Origin: Zestosphaera tikiterensis
GTDB taxonomy: Archaea; Thermoproteota; Thermoprotei_A; Sulfolobales; NBVN01
NCBI GenBank assembly: GCA_003056265.1
Contig: NBVN01000004.1
Location: 300,001-332,000, forward strand
Reading direction: 5' to 3'
Length of the DNA stretch: 32,000 nt
Below are positions 8,126 to 17,596 of the stretch, piece by piece. Every line of letters begins with the position of its first letter. The first letter of the stretch is position 1. A program made the translations under genes and the position numbers. The notes under the pieces were generated by a model. The model worked only from the letters and a program-made list of their open reading frames with translations. It made no database searches and was not told where the DNA came from.

Positions 8126-8944
8126 AATCACTTCCTTAAACTTCTTGAGTTCGTTTTCATCCATTAACCAAAACTCGCCTTCAGACGGGAAAGAACCTTT
8201 TTTAACGTCATCTAAGTACTTCTTTAAAGCGTTAACTACAACTTCACTTAAGTTACTATATCTCCTAGCGAAAGGAGGTGGTTCGGGGTTTACACCCAGT
8301 AAATCGTAAATCACAAGTATTTGACCATCGCACCAAGGACCGGCGCCTATACATATAGTAGGTATTTTAAGCAGTTTAGTTATTTCCTCAGCGACTTGTG
8401 CTGTAGTGTATTCAATGACTATAGAGAAAGCGCCCGCCTCCTCTAATGCTTTAGCTGATTCAACAATCTCTAAAGCGTCATCAACTTTCTTACCCCTAAG
8501 TTTATAACCGCCCAGCTCTAAATACCTCTGCGGGTTTAAACCTACGTGACCCATCACTGGAATTCCAGCTTTAATTAAAGCCTCTACTTTATCAACAACT
8601 TCTAAACCTCCTTCAAGTTTAACCGCGTCAGCACCTAGTTTCAACATCTTACCTGCGTTTCTTACGGCTTCAGACTTACTGACTTCATAACTTAGAAAAG
8701 GCATATCAGCAACGACTAAGGATTTAGGTTTAGCGTTAAGAACGGCTTTTAAGTGGTGAGCGATTTCATTTAAAGTGACGGGTAACGTTGATTTATAACC
8801 CATAACCACCATACCTAAAGAATCCCCAACGAGTATACCGTCAATGCCAGCTAAGTCAGCGAAAAGAGCTTCATAGTATGAATAAGCAGTAACCATAGCT
8901 ATTTTTTCACCAGCTTTCTTCTTCTTAATGAAATCGTAAGGCAT
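8087..8944 (-). CDS. panB: 3-methyl-2-oxobutanoate hydroxymethyltransferase (ketopantoate hydroxymethyltransferase)
   Basis: Motifs [39 protein letters not shown] and [27 protein letters not shown] 8944 (MPYDF...) is preferred because a TATA-like box lies about 30 nt upstream. The track start is GTG 8965. Confidence 0.92.
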   Translation of the reverse strand: MPYDFIKKKKAGEKIAMVTAYSYYEALFADLAGIDGILVGDSLGMVVMGYKSTLPVTLNEIAHHLKAVLNAKPKSLVVADMPFLSYEVSKSEAVRNAGKMLKLGADAVKLEGGLEVVDKVEALIKAGIPVMGHVGLNPQRYLELGGYKLRGKKVDDALEIVESAKALEEAGAFSIVIEYTTAQVAEEITKLLKIPTICIGAGPWCDGQILVIYDLLGVNPEPPPFARRYSNLSEVVVNALKKYLDDVKKGSFPSEGEFWLMDENELKKFKEVISRKLGSGESKTS

Positions 8945-8970
8945 TAACTTACCTACCAAGCTCACACCAC

Positions 8971-8978
8971 ATATAATA
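8971..8978 (-). promoter_or_regulatory. TATA-like box upstream of panB
   Basis: The minus strand reads TATTATAT, centred about 30 nt upstream of ATG 8944. This spacing fits an archaeal leaderless or short-leader promoter. Confidence 0.3.
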
Positions 8979-9054
8979 GGTGTGTTTAAACTATTTAACT
9001 TACTAGGTTGCTTATGAAGGTTTGTTCAGCAGGATAGGAAACTCATACTGTTGA

Positions 9055-9097
9055 CTGCCTGTTATTGTTCTGCGGTTATTGTTTGATATTTTGATAT
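9055..9097. repeat. Short tandem direct repeats in the panE-panB intergenic region
   Basis: CTGCCTGTTATTGTT (9055-9069) is followed by CTGCGGTTATTGTT (9070-9083). TTGATAT then occurs twice (9083-9089 and 9091-9097). The repeats lie just 3' of the panE stop and about 110-150 nt upstream of the panB start. Confidence 0.5.
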
Positions 9098-9103
9098 CTA
9101 GCT

Positions 9104-10036
9104 TTAGAGTCTATAGTGCTGTCTTTCCTTAGCCTTAACTAACATTAAGAGAGTTTCATTCACGGGCGTTTTAACATTTACCAGCCTGCCCTTCCTCACA
9201 ACCTCACCATTTATGAAGTCCACCTCAGTTTTACGTTTGTTGATGATGTCTTGAAGCATTGAGGAATAGTTATCGCCTGTGGACATGGCTATCTTAACGT
9301 ATTCTTCGTAGGGGTTTGACGGAAGCTTCACACCTAATGCGTTAGCTACCTCAACAACCTCATCCACTATTTTATCTGCTAAGTTGCGGAGGACTTCATC
9401 CTCAACTAAAGCTCTATTCTTAACACCTAAAACAGCTGTTAAAGGGTTTATAGCCGCATTAACAGCTAGCTTTAACCACATATAAGATTTAATGTCGTCA
9501 ACCACCTTAACGTTTAACAAGCTTAACTTGCCGGCTAGGTTACTAAGCACCTTCTTAGGGAGTCCTTCAGATCCAACGTAGCTTTCGGAACCCCCAACCC
9601 ATACGTAGTGGGTTGGTTTCTCTCTATACACGCCGTGAGAAAGCACTAAAGCCGCTACTCTCTCCTTACCTACTTCTTTAACGGCTTGCTCGTAAGCAAA
9701 TAAGCCGTTCTGACACGTAACTATAAAGCCTTTAGAACTTAAACTAGTTCTAACTCTAGAGAGCGCTTCAGGGAAGTCGTAATTCTTAGTCGTTATGAAG
9801 ATTAAATCAAAGACCACTCCCTTAGTAGATATTTCCTCATAACTTGTGTATGAAGCCGCTAAAGTGACTACGTCGCCTACAGGCGTTTGAAGTTTAATAC
9901 CTCCCTCCCTCAAAACGGCTTCCGCCCTCCTAGAGTCTTTAAAGATTAGATATGGTTTCATACCGGCTTTGTTTAACGCGTGCGATAACAACGCACCTAT
10001 AGCTCCCGGACCCACTACAGCTACATTATCTGTCAT
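9104..10036 (-). CDS. panE: 2-dehydropantoate 2-reductase (ketopantoate reductase)
   Basis: Motifs VAVVGPGAIGALL (Rossmann), MWLKLAVNAAINPLTAVLG (catalytic Lys region) and SMLQDIINKRKTEVDFINGEVV. ATG 10036 is preferred. The track start is TTG 10054. Confidence 0.9.
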   Translation of the reverse strand: MTDNVAVVGPGAIGALLSHALNKAGMKPYLIFKDSRRAEAVLREGGIKLQTPVGDVVTLAASYTSYEEISTKGVVFDLIFITTKNYDFPEALSRVRTSLSSKGFIVTCQNGLFAYEQAVKEVGKERVAALVLSHGVYREKPTHYVWVGGSESYVGSEGLPKKVLSNLAGKLSLLNVKVVDDIKSYMWLKLAVNAAINPLTAVLGVKNRALVEDEVLRNLADKIVDEVVEVANALGVKLPSNPYEEYVKIAMSTGDNYSSMLQDIINKRKTEVDFINGEVVRKGRLVNVKTPVNETLLMLVKAKERQHYRL

Positions 10037-10060
10037 GATAAACCCTTCCCACAATCATTA

Positions 10061-10081
10061 CTTAATTAAGCTTTTATTAAT
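10061..10081. promoter_or_regulatory. Divergent promoter region between panE and aglB
   Basis: CTTAATTAAG (10061-10070) lies about 29 nt from panE ATG 10036. TTTTATTAA (10073-10081) lies about 33 nt from aglB ATG 10110. Confidence 0.3.
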
Positions 10082-10109
10082 CCTGCGTAGATCTTCTTAG
10101 GTGTAGATA

Positions 10110-12287
10110 ATGGGTTTAAGAGTTAAGGTAGGGGCATTTGACAAAACTAAGGTGCTTACGGTAATTTCTGTAGTTGCTTTCCTTATAAGTGCTTTTGTAG
10201 GGAGTTACCTAAGGCTTTACCCAGTGATCAATTCGGAGTCGTTGGGTTACGAACCACTACTTAACGAGTTAGATCCCTACTCTGAGTATTGGGTTGCTGA
10301 GAAAATGCTTGAGAAAGGTTTAACATACTATTTTAGCTTAACTAGGGATAACAACGAAACACATATCTTCTGGTATCCGTGGGGTCGTGACTTCGTTAAG
10401 TCCTCCTTACCTATGCTACCCTTCTTTTCTGTACTCACGTACCAGATAGCTAAGCTCTTCAATCAAGGACTAACGCTTTTTGAATGGATGGTTTACCTAC
10501 CCATACTTTTTTACTTAATGTCCTTAACGGGTATCTACTTAAGCGCTAGAGAGTTATGGGGTGATATCCCAGCAGCAACATCAGCCGTTATAACAGCTTT
10601 AATCTTTAACAGTAGGCAAATCGCGGGATTTACGGTTAAGTATTCAGTAGGCCTCGCGTTCTTCTTCATAGCTATTTACTTCTACGTTAGAACTTTAAAA
10701 CATGGTAGGTATTTAGATGCCTTACTTACAGGCGTGTTCCTCGCCGCTACCGCTGCTGGTTGGGCAGGGTTTAACCTACTGCTTGCCGCTATGTTCCTAC
10801 ACACAGTTCTCCTTCCATTAATTAAAGAGAAAATAACGTATAAGGATGTGATCCTGTGGGCTTTAGAAACTCTACCTCTAGCTTTAACCATATCTGTAAC
10901 TCCGTTTTACGGGGTCTTATACTTAATTAAAAGTGTAGGTGTAATTATACCGTTGGGTTTCGCGACTTTAGCTATTGCTTTAGGGGTATTAAAGTTAGCT
11001 TCATCGAGGACTGTCCGCCTTAAATACCCGTTACTCACTAAGTACAAGGTAATTTACCTCCTGCTTATAGCGTTGATCGGCGTCGGAGGCCTTTTAGGCT
11101 TAGTAAGCGGTGCAATAAGCGTTAAGGGTAAGGGCTTAGCGGCTATGGGTTTAAAGGAATTAACGCATGTATTGGTTGGGACTGTTCAGGAATACGCCCC
11201 AGGGGATGCGCAAACATTCATCACAAGTGCTGGGGCGCCGTTAATCGTGTCATTACTTATGCTGATATACTTCGCTTATAGAGCTTTACTTAAGAAAGAC
11301 CAACTTAATCTATTCGTGGGTATTCTACTGCTGGTTATATTCTACGCAACAGTAAATCTCTCCTACTTCTACCCATTGCTTAATTACACAGTGGCTTTAA
11401 CTCAAGCTGGGTTCGTTGCTTTACTGCTTAATCCGTTGATTAAACGCGGTGTTAGGAGGGATTGGTTCACTACGTTGTTAGCGTTGGTACTGCTTATATC
11501 GTATGTTGGAGTTACGTTAGCTCAAGGCGCCTTACTTTGGGTTAATGCTTACAGATCGCAAACACCGTTAATACTTGATTCAGGACTTGGTGTTGGAGTT
11601 GAAGCCCCTGCGTGGTTAGACACCCTCAACTGGTTAAGGACTAACACACCTAAGGATAGTGTGGTCGTGTCTTGGTGGGACTACGGTTATTGGATATCGG
11701 TTGTTGGTGAGAGGGCCTCCGTTGCGGATGGTGCTACTTTAAACACCACGCAGATTGAGCTTCTAGCTAAAGCTTTAACTAGTGATGAGCGTGAAGCTTA
11801 TAAGATATTCACGCAGGACTTCAGGATACCTCCGGAGAAGCTTTACGTAGTCGTATATGATGTAGTCTTAGTGAGTGATTACTACTTAGCTGTCTTCCCA
11901 GGGCCTTTAGCGTTTCAAAACGCTTACTTGGGAGCCGACGCTGCTAAAGGTATTTCAGCTATTTACAGGATAGCTAATAAAACACCACCAACGGCTGTGG
12001 CGCAAGTAAGTCAATACGTGGCTTACAGCGTTCCTGACTGGACAAGCAACGAGTTGAGGAACGCTACGCTTTACAAGATTTTACTAGACTCGATATATGA
12101 AGTCTTCGGTAGGGAAGGCTATACTGTAAGATTCCTCTACACCTCAGGTGGTTACTGGCCTGAAATACCTAGACCTAAAATGGAGGTGTTTAAACCGGCT
12201 TACATAGCCGTTAGTAAGATGTTTCAAAACCCACCGGTATATGTCATTGTTGCCGTTTATAAGGTAGGGGACTTAAGTAATGCCTGA
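10110..12287 (+). CDS. aglB: Archaeal oligosaccharyltransferase AglB (STT3 family)
   Basis: 725 aa. The N-terminal two-thirds is multi-pass hydrophobic, with an acidic first-loop motif (ELDPYSEYW). The hallmark WWDYGYW motif is present (VVVSWWDYGYWISV). Confidence 0.9.
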   Translation: MGLRVKVGAFDKTKVLTVISVVAFLISAFVGSYLRLYPVINSESLGYEPLLNELDPYSEYWVAEKMLEKGLTYYFSLTRDNNETHIFWYPWGRDFVKSSLPMLPFFSVLTYQIAKLFNQGLTLFEWMVYLPILFYLMSLTGIYLSARELWGDIPAATSAVITALIFNSRQIAGFTVKYSVGLAFFFIAIYFYVRTLKHGRYLDALLTGVFLAATAAGWAGFNLLLAAMFLHTVLLPLIKEKITYKDVILWALETLPLALTISVTPFYGVLYLIKSVGVIIPLGFATLAIALGVLKLASSRTVRLKYPLLTKYKVIYLLLIALIGVGGLLGLVSGAISVKGKGLAAMGLKELTHVLVGTVQEYAPGDAQTFITSAGAPLIVSLLMLIYFAYRALLKKDQLNLFVGILLLVIFYATVNLSYFYPLLNYTVALTQAGFVALLLNPLIKRGVRRDWFTTLLALVLLISYVGVTLAQGALLWVNAYRSQTPLILDSGLGVGVEAPAWLDTLNWLRTNTPKDSVVVSWWDYGYWISVVGERASVADGATLNTTQIELLAKALTSDEREAYKIFTQDFRIPPEKLYVVVYDVVLVSDYYLAVFPGPLAFQNAYLGADAAKGISAIYRIANKTPPTAVAQVSQYVAYSVPDWTSNELRNATLYKILLDSIYEVFGREGYTVRFLYTSGGYWPEIPRPKMEVFKPAYIAVSKMFQNPPVYVIVAVYKVGDLSNA

Positions 12288-13527
12288 GGTGTGCGGTAAT
12301 TACGTGGTTTTAAACCCTTACGTATGGCTTAAGAACGCCTGCGTGGTTTTTAAGGAGAGGATAGAGGATATTTACCCGTTAGGTTCTGAGGTGGGGGAAG
12401 GCCTTAAAAACACTGTAGTTACGCATGGCTTAGCTTCAACACATACGCATTTAGGGCTGTATCAAATACGTTTAAGTGTTTCCGAAGGCTTACCGCTTGA
12501 TGAGTGGGTTAAGCTTAGGGCGTGGCCCTGGGAAAAGTTTTTAAGGAGTAACCCGCAACTTACGTATTATGTTGCTTTAAACGCTTTGAAAGAGCTTCTT
12601 AAATCCGGTGTTACGTTAGTTGCTGACATGCACTTTAACGAGTTTTGGGTTTATAAGGCGTTAATTGACGTTGGAGTTAAAGGGGATTTAAGCGTAGCTA
12701 TAATGGACGGCGGCGTTTTCGAGAATTTCGAAGAGGGGCTTGAGGAGAACTTAGATCTTTCTAGGAGGGCTTCCGATCCTAAGGTAAGGGTTAGGTTAGG
12801 CCCGTGCACACCTAGGCTTCTAACTCCACTACAGTATAAGGAAGTTGTAGAGACAGCTGAAGAGTTAGGTTTAGGGATACACACCCACATAGCTGAAGTT
12901 CTAGATGATGAGTTATGGTTAAAAAGCAGGTATGGAATGAGCCTTAGAGATTTCGCGCATTACGTAGGTTTAGGTAATGTAGATACCTTAGCTGCTCACG
13001 TTGTTTGGGGTGAAAGCCTTATAGAATTCCTTTCTTCGAAAGGGGTTAAAGTTTCCCACCCACCTAGGTCAAACACCTTATTAGGTGATGGTAGAGCACC
13101 GATTAAAAGCTATTTAAAGAATGGCGTAAGAGTAAGCTTAGGTGTGGACGTAGCTCCAACATATAGCTTAGTTGACGACATGAAATCCTACCTAGTTCTT
13201 CATTACGAAGGGGAAGGCATACCTCAAACACATGAAGCTTTCAAGATCGCGACGGTTAACGGCTATCAAGACCTAGGCTTCGGTTCCGGTGAGTTAACAC
13301 TTAAAGAACCTGCTGATGTAGTTGTGTGGGAATTACCTAAGGACGTTAGTAAGGTTGGGTTAAACCCCATATCCAGCATTGTTTGGGGCGGTGCTAAAGT
13401 TAAGGAGGTTTATGTTAATGGTGTTAAAGTGTTTGAAGAAGGTAATTTAATTAATGTTCATGTGTCGGCAGACTCCATCAACGCTAAAATCGAGGAATAT
13501 CTAAAGGACTTTAAGCGTGAGGATTAA
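12280..13527 (+). CDS. Metal-dependent amidohydrolase, nucleoside/MTA-SAH deaminase (chlorohydrolase) family
   Basis: Motifs STHTHLG (HxH), GIHTHIAEVLDDE, LAAHVVW and LGVDVAP. 415 aa. Exact substrate unknown. Confidence 0.75.
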   Translation: MPEVCGNYVVLNPYVWLKNACVVFKERIEDIYPLGSEVGEGLKNTVVTHGLASTHTHLGLYQIRLSVSEGLPLDEWVKLRAWPWEKFLRSNPQLTYYVALNALKELLKSGVTLVADMHFNEFWVYKALIDVGVKGDLSVAIMDGGVFENFEEGLEENLDLSRRASDPKVRVRLGPCTPRLLTPLQYKEVVETAEELGLGIHTHIAEVLDDELWLKSRYGMSLRDFAHYVGLGNVDTLAAHVVWGESLIEFLSSKGVKVSHPPRSNTLLGDGRAPIKSYLKNGVRVSLGVDVAPTYSLVDDMKSYLVLHYEGEGIPQTHEAFKIATVNGYQDLGFGSGELTLKEPADVVVWELPKDVSKVGLNPISSIVWGGAKVKEVYVNGVKVFEEGNLINVHVSADSINAKIEEYLKDFKRED

Positions 13528-14234
13528 TACTTAGTGGATTCGAGTTTGCTACGTTGTTTTAAGATAAGTGTTTTTATGCGGGAGCTTATATAGACAGTTA
13601 CGTTACGTATCTCAGACAATAGAGCTTTTACAGAACCTTTTAATCCATGTGTTATATGTTCGTCAACAACTTTAGCCCAATTGATGTTTAATATATAGTA
13701 CGCTATTACTAAAGTCACTAATACCATGGCTGGTATCACATAACTGTTCACACCCTCCAGTTCCTGAGCGAATAAACTACCGTAGAAAACAGTAATAGAC
13801 GTTAGCACTAACTTACCCATTAAAACAGCTATGAAATACGCTGGAAGCGAGTATTTAACCATCCCAGTAGGTAAGTATAGCACATCATCTGGGAGGGGAA
13901 GTGCCGCAAACACGAAAATCGCTATAAACAGAGATTTACTAGCCAACTTCCTAAACAACTCTATGTTTTCCTTTGTATGCTCGCTTACTTTTAAGGTTAA
14001 AGCCCTGCCAACGGAGTAGATTATCAACTTACCTAAAGTAGCCCCTAAAGCAGACGAAGCAATTATAGCTACTTTAGCGAGCGGGTCTTTATAATACGTA
14101 GCGTAGCCTATTATAGCCAGCAAATACGGAAGTGAGACGAAAGGTATTGAGTTACTTATTAAACTAATGATGAAAGGCCCTAACGGAGGCGCTATCAACA
14201 CATGCAGTAGCCTAGCCCAAATCATGAACGTCAT
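13524..14234 (-). CDS. DedA/VTT-domain-like membrane protein
   Basis: Multi-pass hydrophobic 236-aa ORF. FAALPLPDDVLYLPTGMVKYSLPAYFIAVLMGKL resembles the P-x-P-[DE]...G...G core of DedA/SNARE-associated proteins. Confidence 0.45.
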   Translation of the reverse strand: MTFMIWARLLHVLIAPPLGPFIISLISNSIPFVSLPYLLAIIGYATYYKDPLAKVAIIASSALGATLGKLIIYSVGRALTLKVSEHTKENIELFRKLASKSLFIAIFVFAALPLPDDVLYLPTGMVKYSLPAYFIAVLMGKLVLTSITVFYGSLFAQELEGVNSYVIPAMVLVTLVIAYYILNINWAKVVDEHITHGLKGSVKALLSEIRNVTVYISSRIKTLILKQRSKLESTKY

Positions 14235-14359
14235 CCACGCTTAACAGACTTTTAACCCCGCTATTTCTTTTAATTGTTACTTAATTAAACGCATTTAAGC
14301 TTTATTAAACGGGGCTTAATCCACCTAGATTGCTTAAGGTCTTCAAACCAATCGATGAC

Positions 14360-14914
14360 TTAAGTAAGAGGTTCCTCAACTATAGGTACGTTCTCCCCTA
14401 CTAAAGCACTTCTACCTAACGGGTCTTCTAATATTAGAGTAAACTTCAGTTTAGCGTTCATAGCATCAACGATCTTAACCACTACGTTATGACATTCATG
14501 GCTTTCGTTAAAGCATTCTGACGGCATATTATCTAAGATCTTTTCTAAAACACCCTCAACAGTTGTTATATATCCTTCAGCTGCAGGCCCAGGAACTACC
14601 TCAATACCTAACTCCGGTATTTCAATTCTAGCTGTTGAGGACTTAATAACTAAAGCCCTTAACTCCCTATCCGTGTTTACACTTATCTTCAACCTCTTAG
14701 CTTTCCCAACCCCCGCTAAACCCACGTTAGACTTTCTATAACCGCAAACACCGCATTTCCATACCTCCATAACTACCTCACCCGCTAAAGGAACTACGTA
14801 CGTGTAGACACTATATTTAAGAGTCTTACCACCACATACAGGACATTCAACTTCGTCTTCGTAGATGGGCTTTAACTCCTCCACAGCTTCCCACCGCCAT
14901 ATAATATTTACCAT
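14360..14914 (-). CDS. ZPR1-type zinc-finger protein
   Basis: ECPVCGGKTLKY..VVPLAGEVVMEVWKCGVCGYRKSNV is the C4 ZPR1 zinc ribbon, followed by the A-domain-like beta-rich region. Confidence 0.75.
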   Translation of the reverse strand: MVNIIWRWEAVEELKPIYEDEVECPVCGGKTLKYSVYTYVVPLAGEVVMEVWKCGVCGYRKSNVGLAGVGKAKRLKISVNTDRELRALVIKSSTARIEIPELGIEVVPGPAAEGYITTVEGVLEKILDNMPSECFNESHECHNVVVKIVDAMNAKLKFTLILEDPLGRSALVGENVPIVEEPLT

Positions 14915-15192
14915 AGCAGGTTATTCTATTTAGCGATTTCTACAATACATTATATACTATTCCCTTCCACCTCTGAGTTATTTGACTTTGTATCGGGTTT
15001 AAAGCCTTCAAGACCTCTTAAGACTGAGATCAGTTAGTGATGTCTAAGGGTAGGGGGCTTAGAACCGACGGAAACATAGGTGACTCGTACTTAATTATTA
15101 CTACTTATTTTTAAATATTCCTACGTCAAATAATAACTTGAAAAAACAATAGAAAAGAAAAAGACTGAAAGTAAGGTTTTGGGTGAGTTAGG

Positions 15193-15438
15193 TTGTGGTT
15201 TGCTTTTTTGACTTCGCCGTTGGGTCCTAACTTACGAATTCTTAAGAAGCTCGTCTTAGCTAATGTTCACGAACGAAGCGAGTTTGAAGCCTTGAAGAGT
15301 AGGGTATCTGGGGTTTTAGATCTTACGGAGGTCTCAGTAGAGGATGTTGATATGCTTTACTTAGTTAGTTCTGTAGATCCGGATACGGCTGATTTGATAA
15401 AGTTAGGTTTTAAAGGGTTTATAATAGCTGAGCTATAG
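15193..15438 (+). CDS. Hypothetical small protein (81 aa, TTG start)
   Basis: ORF only. No motif recognised and the start codon is non-ATG. It lies upstream of hsp20 on the same strand. Whether it is coding is uncertain. Confidence 0.25.
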   Translation: MWFAFLTSPLGPNLRILKKLVLANVHERSEFEALKSRVSGVLDLTEVSVEDVDMLYLVSSVDPDTADLIKLGFKGFIIAEL

Positions 15439-15492
15439 CTGAGCTTAAGTGAATTTTAAAGCTCTGAAAAAATCTTTAAATGGGGATTAAGG

Positions 15493-16029
15493 ATGTCCGA
15501 CAGAAGAAGGAGGAAGTCGATATTCGATATCTTCGATGAACTCTTTAGAGAGTTGGATGAGGAGATGCGTGAATTCCTAGAGGAGAGCGAGAGATTTTGG
15601 CGTATGAGACCTGAAGACTTTGAAGAACTACAACGTAAGGGTTTAGGACCCTATGTTTACGGCTTTAGAATACATATAGGGCCAGACGGTAAAATCAAAG
15701 TAGACGAGTTTGGCAACGTTAGGAGGGAGGGACCTAAGCCTAAGATAGCTGAGGAGATAGAACCTTTAGTTGATGTTATAGATGAGGGAGATAAGGTTAG
15801 GATCATAGCTGAAGTTCCAGGTGTTGAAAAGGATAAGATAAAGCTTAAAGCCGTTGGTAAAGAACTCATTATCCAAGCAAGCAACGGTAAGAAATACTAT
15901 AAGAAAGTTCAACTACCTGATGAGGTAGATGTTAAAACAGCTAAGGCGCAGTATAGAAACGGCGTCTTAGAAGTAGAGTTAAAGAAGTCAAAGAAGGAAT
16001 CTGGAGAGTATGAAATAAAAATTGAATAA
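15493..16029 (+). CDS. hsp20: Small heat-shock protein (Hsp20/alpha-crystallin family) with a charged N-terminal extension
   Basis: Alpha-crystallin domain: PLVDVIDEGDKVRIIAEVPGVEKDKIKLKAVGKELIIQA ... AKAQYRNGVLEVELKK. Confidence 0.88.
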   Translation: MSDRRRRKSIFDIFDELFRELDEEMREFLEESERFWRMRPEDFEELQRKGLGPYVYGFRIHIGPDGKIKVDEFGNVRREGPKPKIAEEIEPLVDVIDEGDKVRIIAEVPGVEKDKIKLKAVGKELIIQASNGKKYYKKVQLPDEVDVKTAKAQYRNGVLEVELKKSKKESGEYEIKIE

Positions 16030-16050
16030 ATAAATACGTGGAGATAGGAA

Positions 16051-16863
16051 TTGAGTGCCTGCGAGGATAGGGAAGAAAAAGATAAAAACGTTTTTAAAGC
16101 TTTAATACCTAAGAACCACCCACGTTATGAATCCCTACTTTTAAGGGAGAAGATAATCGAAGGTCTTAATGAAGGCTATGTTGCTCAAGCTGGGTTAATA
16201 GCTCATGGGAGGGGGGAATGCTTTGATTACTTAATAGGTGAGAAGACCATAGACCCAGCTTTAAAGGCTATAGACGCTGCTGCCGCTGCTTTAATCTTAG
16301 CTAAGCATCCAGTGATTTCAGTAAACGGTAACGTAGCTGCTTTAGTCCCTAAGGAAATAGTTGAATTAGCTAAGAAAGTCAACGCTAAGTTAGAAGTTAA
16401 TTTATTCTATAGAACCGAAGAAAGAGTTAGAAAAATAGCTGATATACTTAGAAGATGCGGTGCTGACGAAGTTTTAGGGGTTGATGACGCTACGGCTTCT
16501 ATCCCAGAGTTATTTAGTGAGAGGAGGAAAGTCAGCCCTAAAGGAATATATATAGCAGATGTTGTTTTAGTTCCTTTAGAGGATGGGGATAGGACGGAAG
16601 CTTTAAGGAAGATGGGGAAAACCGTAATAGCTATAGACCTTAATCCGTTATCAAGAACCTCTAGATCAGCAAACATAACTATAGTGGATAACGTGGTTAG
16701 AGCCATACCTAAACTTACTGAACGCGTCGAAGAACTTAAAAAACTTGATAGGGAGGTGTTGCGGGACATATTAAGGAACTACGACAACGATAGGGTTTTA
16801 GCTGAAGTCATAACATACATAATGAATAGATTGAAAGACCTAAGTAAGGAGTTAACTAAGTAA
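16051..16863 (+). CDS. 4-phosphopantoate--beta-alanine ligase (archaeal phosphopantothenate synthetase)
   Basis: [16 protein letters not shown] and the overall 270-aa pattern match the archaeal PPS family. It lies close to pantoate kinase and CoaBC. TTG start, with no early in-frame ATG. Confidence 0.8.
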   Translation: MSACEDREEKDKNVFKALIPKNHPRYESLLLREKIIEGLNEGYVAQAGLIAHGRGECFDYLIGEKTIDPALKAIDAAAAALILAKHPVISVNGNVAALVPKEIVELAKKVNAKLEVNLFYRTEERVRKIADILRRCGADEVLGVDDATASIPELFSERRKVSPKGIYIADVVLVPLEDGDRTEALRKMGKTVIAIDLNPLSRTSRSANITIVDNVVRAIPKLTERVEELKKLDREVLRDILRNYDNDRVLAEVITYIMNRLKDLSKELTK

Positions 16864-16895
16864 AGCCATGCTTAAATTAACGTAATCCCCATCCC

Positions 16896-17219
16896 TTAAT
16901 ATATTAAAACTCCTTCGCAGAAGTCGTTATCGTCATGTAGAGTTAAACCTAAACTACTTACCTCCTGAGTTTTAGGGCTTTCATTACCTAAAGCTGAAAG
17001 TATTAAGTCCGTTAACTCTTCAGGCGTTAACTTCTTATTTACTGTAAACTCTATGTCGTTAATAATCAACGAAACCCTAGAGTCTTTCGAATAGTATGGT
17101 ATTACGTAAACCTCAACCCCATATTCATGAAATAGCTTCTGAGCCGTATACCACGTTAACTTAAGGAGTTCCTCACCCAACAAGCTTCCATTAGTAACTA
17201 CTATCACGTCAACAGGCAC
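16896..17219 (-). CDS. Hypothetical small protein, thioredoxin-like beta-alpha-beta pattern without CxxC (paralogue of 22643-22927)
   Basis: 107 aa with a GTG start. TATA-like TTAAAAACAATATT lies about 35 nt upstream. It shares W23 and E-x-G-[VI]-E-[VI]-x-V-I (residues 32-40) with the 94-aa ORF at 22643-22927. Confidence 0.5.
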   Translation of the reverse strand: MPVDVIVVTNGSLLGEELLKLTWYTAQKLFHEYGVEVYVIPYYSKDSRVSLIINDIEFTVNKKLTPEELTDLILSALGNESPKTQEVSSLGLTLHDDNDFCEGVLIY

Positions 17220-17596
17220 TTTCTAACCCATGTAAAACCTGGTCTCAATATTGTTTTTAAGAACTCACTCTTAATTAAGATTGGATCTTAACGCTATCGT
17301 AAACATGTAGGATTTTTAATGTTTGCGCAGGATTAAGTAAAGACCTTAGCTCTTAGTAATGAGTGAAACTTTAGATAGTAGCTTTATATAGCAAGCCATC
17401 CTTTCTATACCAGAAAGTAGGGTTTGCTCTGTTGTTTAAACTTAGTGAGTAAGCAGGTATGGTAAACCCTTAAATGTTCTCGATTAATTGAGGAGAGTTA
17501 GCTCCCGTAGAGTAATTAAGAGGTAAATAACCGTTATGAGCCTAGTTATGACAGACACGAAATGAAGACATAGCTAAGACAAACGAGATTTTTACT

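Noticed and set aside
14318-14325. AATCCACC, which matches part of the tRNA-iMet T arm, considered as a possible att-site remnant of an integrated element.
   Set aside because: It is only an 8-nt match. No integrase is present, and the genes between it and the tRNA are core housekeeping genes.
14915-15192. A 278-nt AT-rich intergenic region upstream of the 81-aa ORF and hsp20. It contains small palindromes (TCTTAAGA; ACTGA-GA-TCAGT) and a GTGATGT box.
   Set aside because: The palindromes are short enough to occur by chance. No paired C/D boxes and no tRNA-like or other structured-RNA pattern could be built by eye. It is most simply a promoter/terminator spacer.
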